Source: Gammaproteobacteria bacterium (GTDB taxonomy: Bacteria; Pseudomonadota; Gammaproteobacteria; Eutrophobiales; Eutrophobiaceae). Taken from it: a stretch of DNA of 64,000 bases. Made by a program: the position numbers and the translations under genes. Positions 61,582 through 64,000 of the stretch are shown piece after piece. How positions within the stretch are numbered: position 1 is the stretch's first letter; each line of letters opens with the position of its first letter. Below the pieces are notes generated by a model that saw nothing but the letters and a program-made list of their open reading frames with translations, was not told the DNA's origin and did no database searches. Where the stretch lies: NCBI GenBank assembly GCA_963422205.2, contig CAXMWX010000005.1, forward strand, positions 32,001 to 96,000, in the 5' to 3' direction.

Positions 61582-61591
61582 GGAGAGATGT

Positions 61592-61999
61592 ATGAAGCCA
61601 ATCTTTGTACTGTTGCTGCTCATCACGTCGGCTGTTTCGGCAGATATACACAGCGAAACGGCACAACACGCCCATGATGGCCATAGCCACGAACACGCAG
61701 TCGATGGCAAACGGCTTGAGGTGGATGCGGATAGATTCGATACGTTTGTCCGGCGTCTGTCCGATGTGCAAATTGCCGTGGTCAGTGTGCACGGCATGGT
61801 GTGTGACTTCTGTGCAAGAGGCATCGAGAAAATGTTTAAGCGGGATAAGCACGTTAAAAAAATTGATGTTGATCTGAGTAAAGGCAAGGTGCTGATCGCC
61901 TATACACGTGCCAAAAAAATTGACCTGGCTGATATAACAAAGAAGATCCTCGCCAATGGGCAAACCGTGACCGAGTTGCAGGTGTTACACATTGAATAA
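61592..61999 (+). CDS. Exported heavy-metal-associated (HMA) domain protein with His-rich N-terminus
   Basis: Signal peptide, HAHDGHSHEH, GMVCDFC. Confidence 0.85.
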   Translation: MKPIFVLLLLITSAVSADIHSETAQHAHDGHSHEHAVDGKRLEVDADRFDTFVRRLSDVQIAVVSVHGMVCDFCARGIEKMFKRDKHVKKIDVDLSKGKVLIAYTRAKKIDLADITKKILANGQTVTELQVLHIE

Positions 62000-62016
62000 G
62001 GCTCGAAAACATCCTG

Positions 62017-62382
62017 ATGAACGATAAACTGGCAAGTTTTCTCTCACTGTTCGCCTCCTCCTCAACACTGTTTTGCTGTGCACTGCCTGCATTATTCGTT
62101 GCTCTGGGGGCAGGCGCCAGTTTTGCCAGCCTGATAAGCCTGTTTCCCTTTTTGATCGTGCTATCGCAATACAAGCTGTATATCACCGTGTTCGCACTCA
62201 TCATGCTTGGGCTCGCCGGGTATGCACATTACAAAGCCGGTTATATGCCCTGTCCTGCCGACCTCAAGCCTGGTCAAGCCTGTATGCAGGCACGAAGGCG
62301 ATCCAGGTATGTATATTATTTTTCGGTTTTATTATTCCTGTTTGCTACAATCTTCACCTATGTCGTCCCTGGAGGTATTTAA
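62017..62382 (+). CDS. MerT-like small membrane metal transporter
   Basis: Three TM segments, CCALP in TM1, CPAD...C loop. Confidence 0.75.
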   Translation: MNDKLASFLSLFASSSTLFCCALPALFVALGAGASFASLISLFPFLIVLSQYKLYITVFALIMLGLAGYAHYKAGYMPCPADLKPGQACMQARRRSRYVYYFSVLLFLFATIFTYVVPGGI

Positions 62383-62385
62383 CCG

Positions 62386-62646
62386 ATGAGCCATCCCTGC
62401 CATAAGAAACACCTGGCAAGTATTCGTCGCATAGAGGGTCAAATTCGAGGGATCGTTAAAATGATAGAGGAAGAGAAATACTGCATTGATATATTGAATC
62501 AAACCAAAGCCGTCAGAACTGCCATTGCTACAGTGGAAGGAAAAATACTCAAAACCCATTTAAGGGAATGTATTAAAGACTCGCTGGGTGGTAGTGAAGA
62601 GTTTGAAGATAAGGTTGAGGAGTTGCTAAAAGTGCTAAAACGATAA
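62386..62646 (+). CDS. CsoR/RcnR family metal-sensing repressor
   Basis: RRIEGQIRGI..MIEEEKYC.DIL.Q...H...C. Confidence 0.92.
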   Translation: MSHPCHKKHLASIRRIEGQIRGIVKMIEEEKYCIDILNQTKAVRTAIATVEGKILKTHLRECIKDSLGGSEEFEDKVEELLKVLKR

Positions 62647-62752
62647 CGCTTTTTTTGACAAAGTCAGTTGAATACATTCATCCTGGAGCCAGGTTAAATC
62701 TTTGCAGAGAAAAACAGCGCACCAACCCAGGAGTAAAAAAACCAGGGCGTCT

Positions 62753-63520
62753 TTATCCCTGAGAGCGATGCTTCATCTTCACAGGCATTGCTGCTGAGGC
62801 ATTAAATCTGACAAATTTTTCCCAATCAATCGCCCCGTTGCTATCACAAAACAGCCGGCCAAATTCCAAGGTAAATACATTGATCCGTTTTGAATAGGAT
62901 GCCATGAAATCCTCGTTTCTTGCTTTGGCGTTATGTCCCAGCGGGGCTATGATGTCGGTATACAGATGCTCATTGCCTGATATAAATTTCCAAAACTTCT
63001 GGCCGCAGTATTTGTAATAATCTCCTTTATCCGGTTTGCTGTCGCGGCCGTAACAACAGCCATTGACACAGACAATATTCAACTTTGAATGACTGGTTCT
63101 TAACGTTCGTTGCGCCGTCTTAAAGTCTGCCTTCATCTTGGCGATTTGACTGCTGTTTCCCCAGTTGGGGCCGGATTTGATGTTCACAATATAGCGAATG
63201 CCATCATCGTCAAATTCCAGATCGATGCATGGTATGCCTGATTTCCACCCGCCATAAACTGAGTTGTTTATGAAGATAGCCAACCCTTCCAGCCAGTCTC
63301 CAAACAGCGTTTCTTCGTTGGATGAGAGGTGTGCATCGACAAAGCCCCTGACAATTTCCTCAGATGTCAAAACATGCTTTGCCTTAAACAAATAAGGATT
63401 TTTCCTTTTGATAATTTTATCAAGGCTCAGGGTATCCAGGCTCGATATTCTTTTCTTATGAAAAATATCGATATGCTCTTCAACATACATGATCACATCA
63501 TTCAGATCGATGGGTTTCAT
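62753..63520 (-). CDS. Type II restriction endonuclease (PmeII/EcoO109I-like)
   Basis: KRKNPYLF, EETLFG, IDLEF...IKSGPNWGN (PD-(D/E)xK-like), GQKFW; overlaps the MTase stop. Confidence 0.8.
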   Translation of the reverse strand: MKPIDLNDVIMYVEEHIDIFHKKRISSLDTLSLDKIIKRKNPYLFKAKHVLTSEEIVRGFVDAHLSSNEETLFGDWLEGLAIFINNSVYGGWKSGIPCIDLEFDDDGIRYIVNIKSGPNWGNSSQIAKMKADFKTAQRTLRTSHSKLNIVCVNGCCYGRDSKPDKGDYYKYCGQKFWKFISGNEHLYTDIIAPLGHNAKARNEDFMASYSKRINVFTLEFGRLFCDSNGAIDWEKFVRFNASAAMPVKMKHRSQG

Positions 63521-64000
63521 ACACAGCCCTGGGATCAAATAAAAATAATTCCACCGGTTCCAGTTGGGATCTCACCATGTCATAATATTCTGCGACCACT
63601 TCTATGCCGATAGAGTGTCGGCGCATTTTGCTGGCAACCCTATTGGTTGTGCCAGAACCCATGAAAGGATCCAGCACCGTATCCCCCTCTTGCGTAAACA
63701 GCCGGATAAACCATTCAGGCAATTCTGCTGGAAAGGCAGCGCTGTGATTTTTATTATTGCACTCTGTGGCCAGGTGCAAAACATTCGTAGGGTACGCCTT
63801 GTCTCGTGTCAGCCAGTTGGATATATTTTTCCCAAATCCACTGCCCACTTTGGAGATATCCCTGATTTTATCCGTATCGCTGAGATTTTTTAGCCTTGTC
63901 TTCGCCCAATCCCCCATAGGCACCATGACGGCTTCCTGATACATGGCAAATTTTTTATTTTTGTTAAATTGCAATAGCCGCTCCCAGGCATCCCTGAACC
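63498..64000 (-). CDS. N4/N6 DNA methyltransferase (5' end outside window)
   Basis: HSAAFP..LPEWFI, VLDPFMGSGTT. Confidence 0.9.
   Translation of the reverse strand, partial: FRDAWERLLQFNKNKKFAMYQEAVMVPMGDWAKTRLKNLSDTDKIRDISKVGSGFGKNISNWLTRDKAYPTNVLHLATECNNKNHSAAFPAELPEWFIRLFTQEGDTVLDPFMGSGTTNRVASKMRRHSIGIEVVAEYYDMVRSQLEPVELFLFDPRAVYETHRSE

Overview
A 64 kb piece of a gammaproteobacterial chromosome (judged from the tig-clpP-clpX-lon-hupB-tRNA-ppiD block and recA/pncC/tadA). 1-3.2 kb: DASS transporter, a DNA methyltransferase/Mrr-like nuclease fusion broken by one in-frame stop, and YceI. 3.4-24.1 kb: a large signalling supercluster with a compact Pil-Chp-like chemosensory operon, a cheY-cheA-cheW-STAS-cheR-cheD-cheB operon with no receptor, two receiver-Ser/Thr kinase fusions and a receiver-degenerate GGDEF/EAL protein. 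Those last three share a distinctive receiver motif (YDP..G.P...F.WS.Y..I.LDYDLG), and this is the best candidate for an undescribed system. 24-46 kb is accessory metabolism: TsgA-like MFS, PrnB-family heme enzyme, tRNA-Arg with a GGA-rich Csr/Rsm-like 5' leader, catabolic reductive dehalogenase, orphan TolC, a hydantoinase-DUF917-TonB receptor-racemase operon with a MalT-type regulator, a short FimV-like protein with 48-bp tandem repeats, a kinase-FGE fusion and orphan msrQ. 47-60 kb is mostly housekeeping. 61-64 kb holds a small metal-handling operon and a type II R-M pair. Several decayed genes (nonsense, frameshift, deletion remnants) point to ongoing erosion or assembly error. All calls come from motif recognition by eye; no database searches were run.
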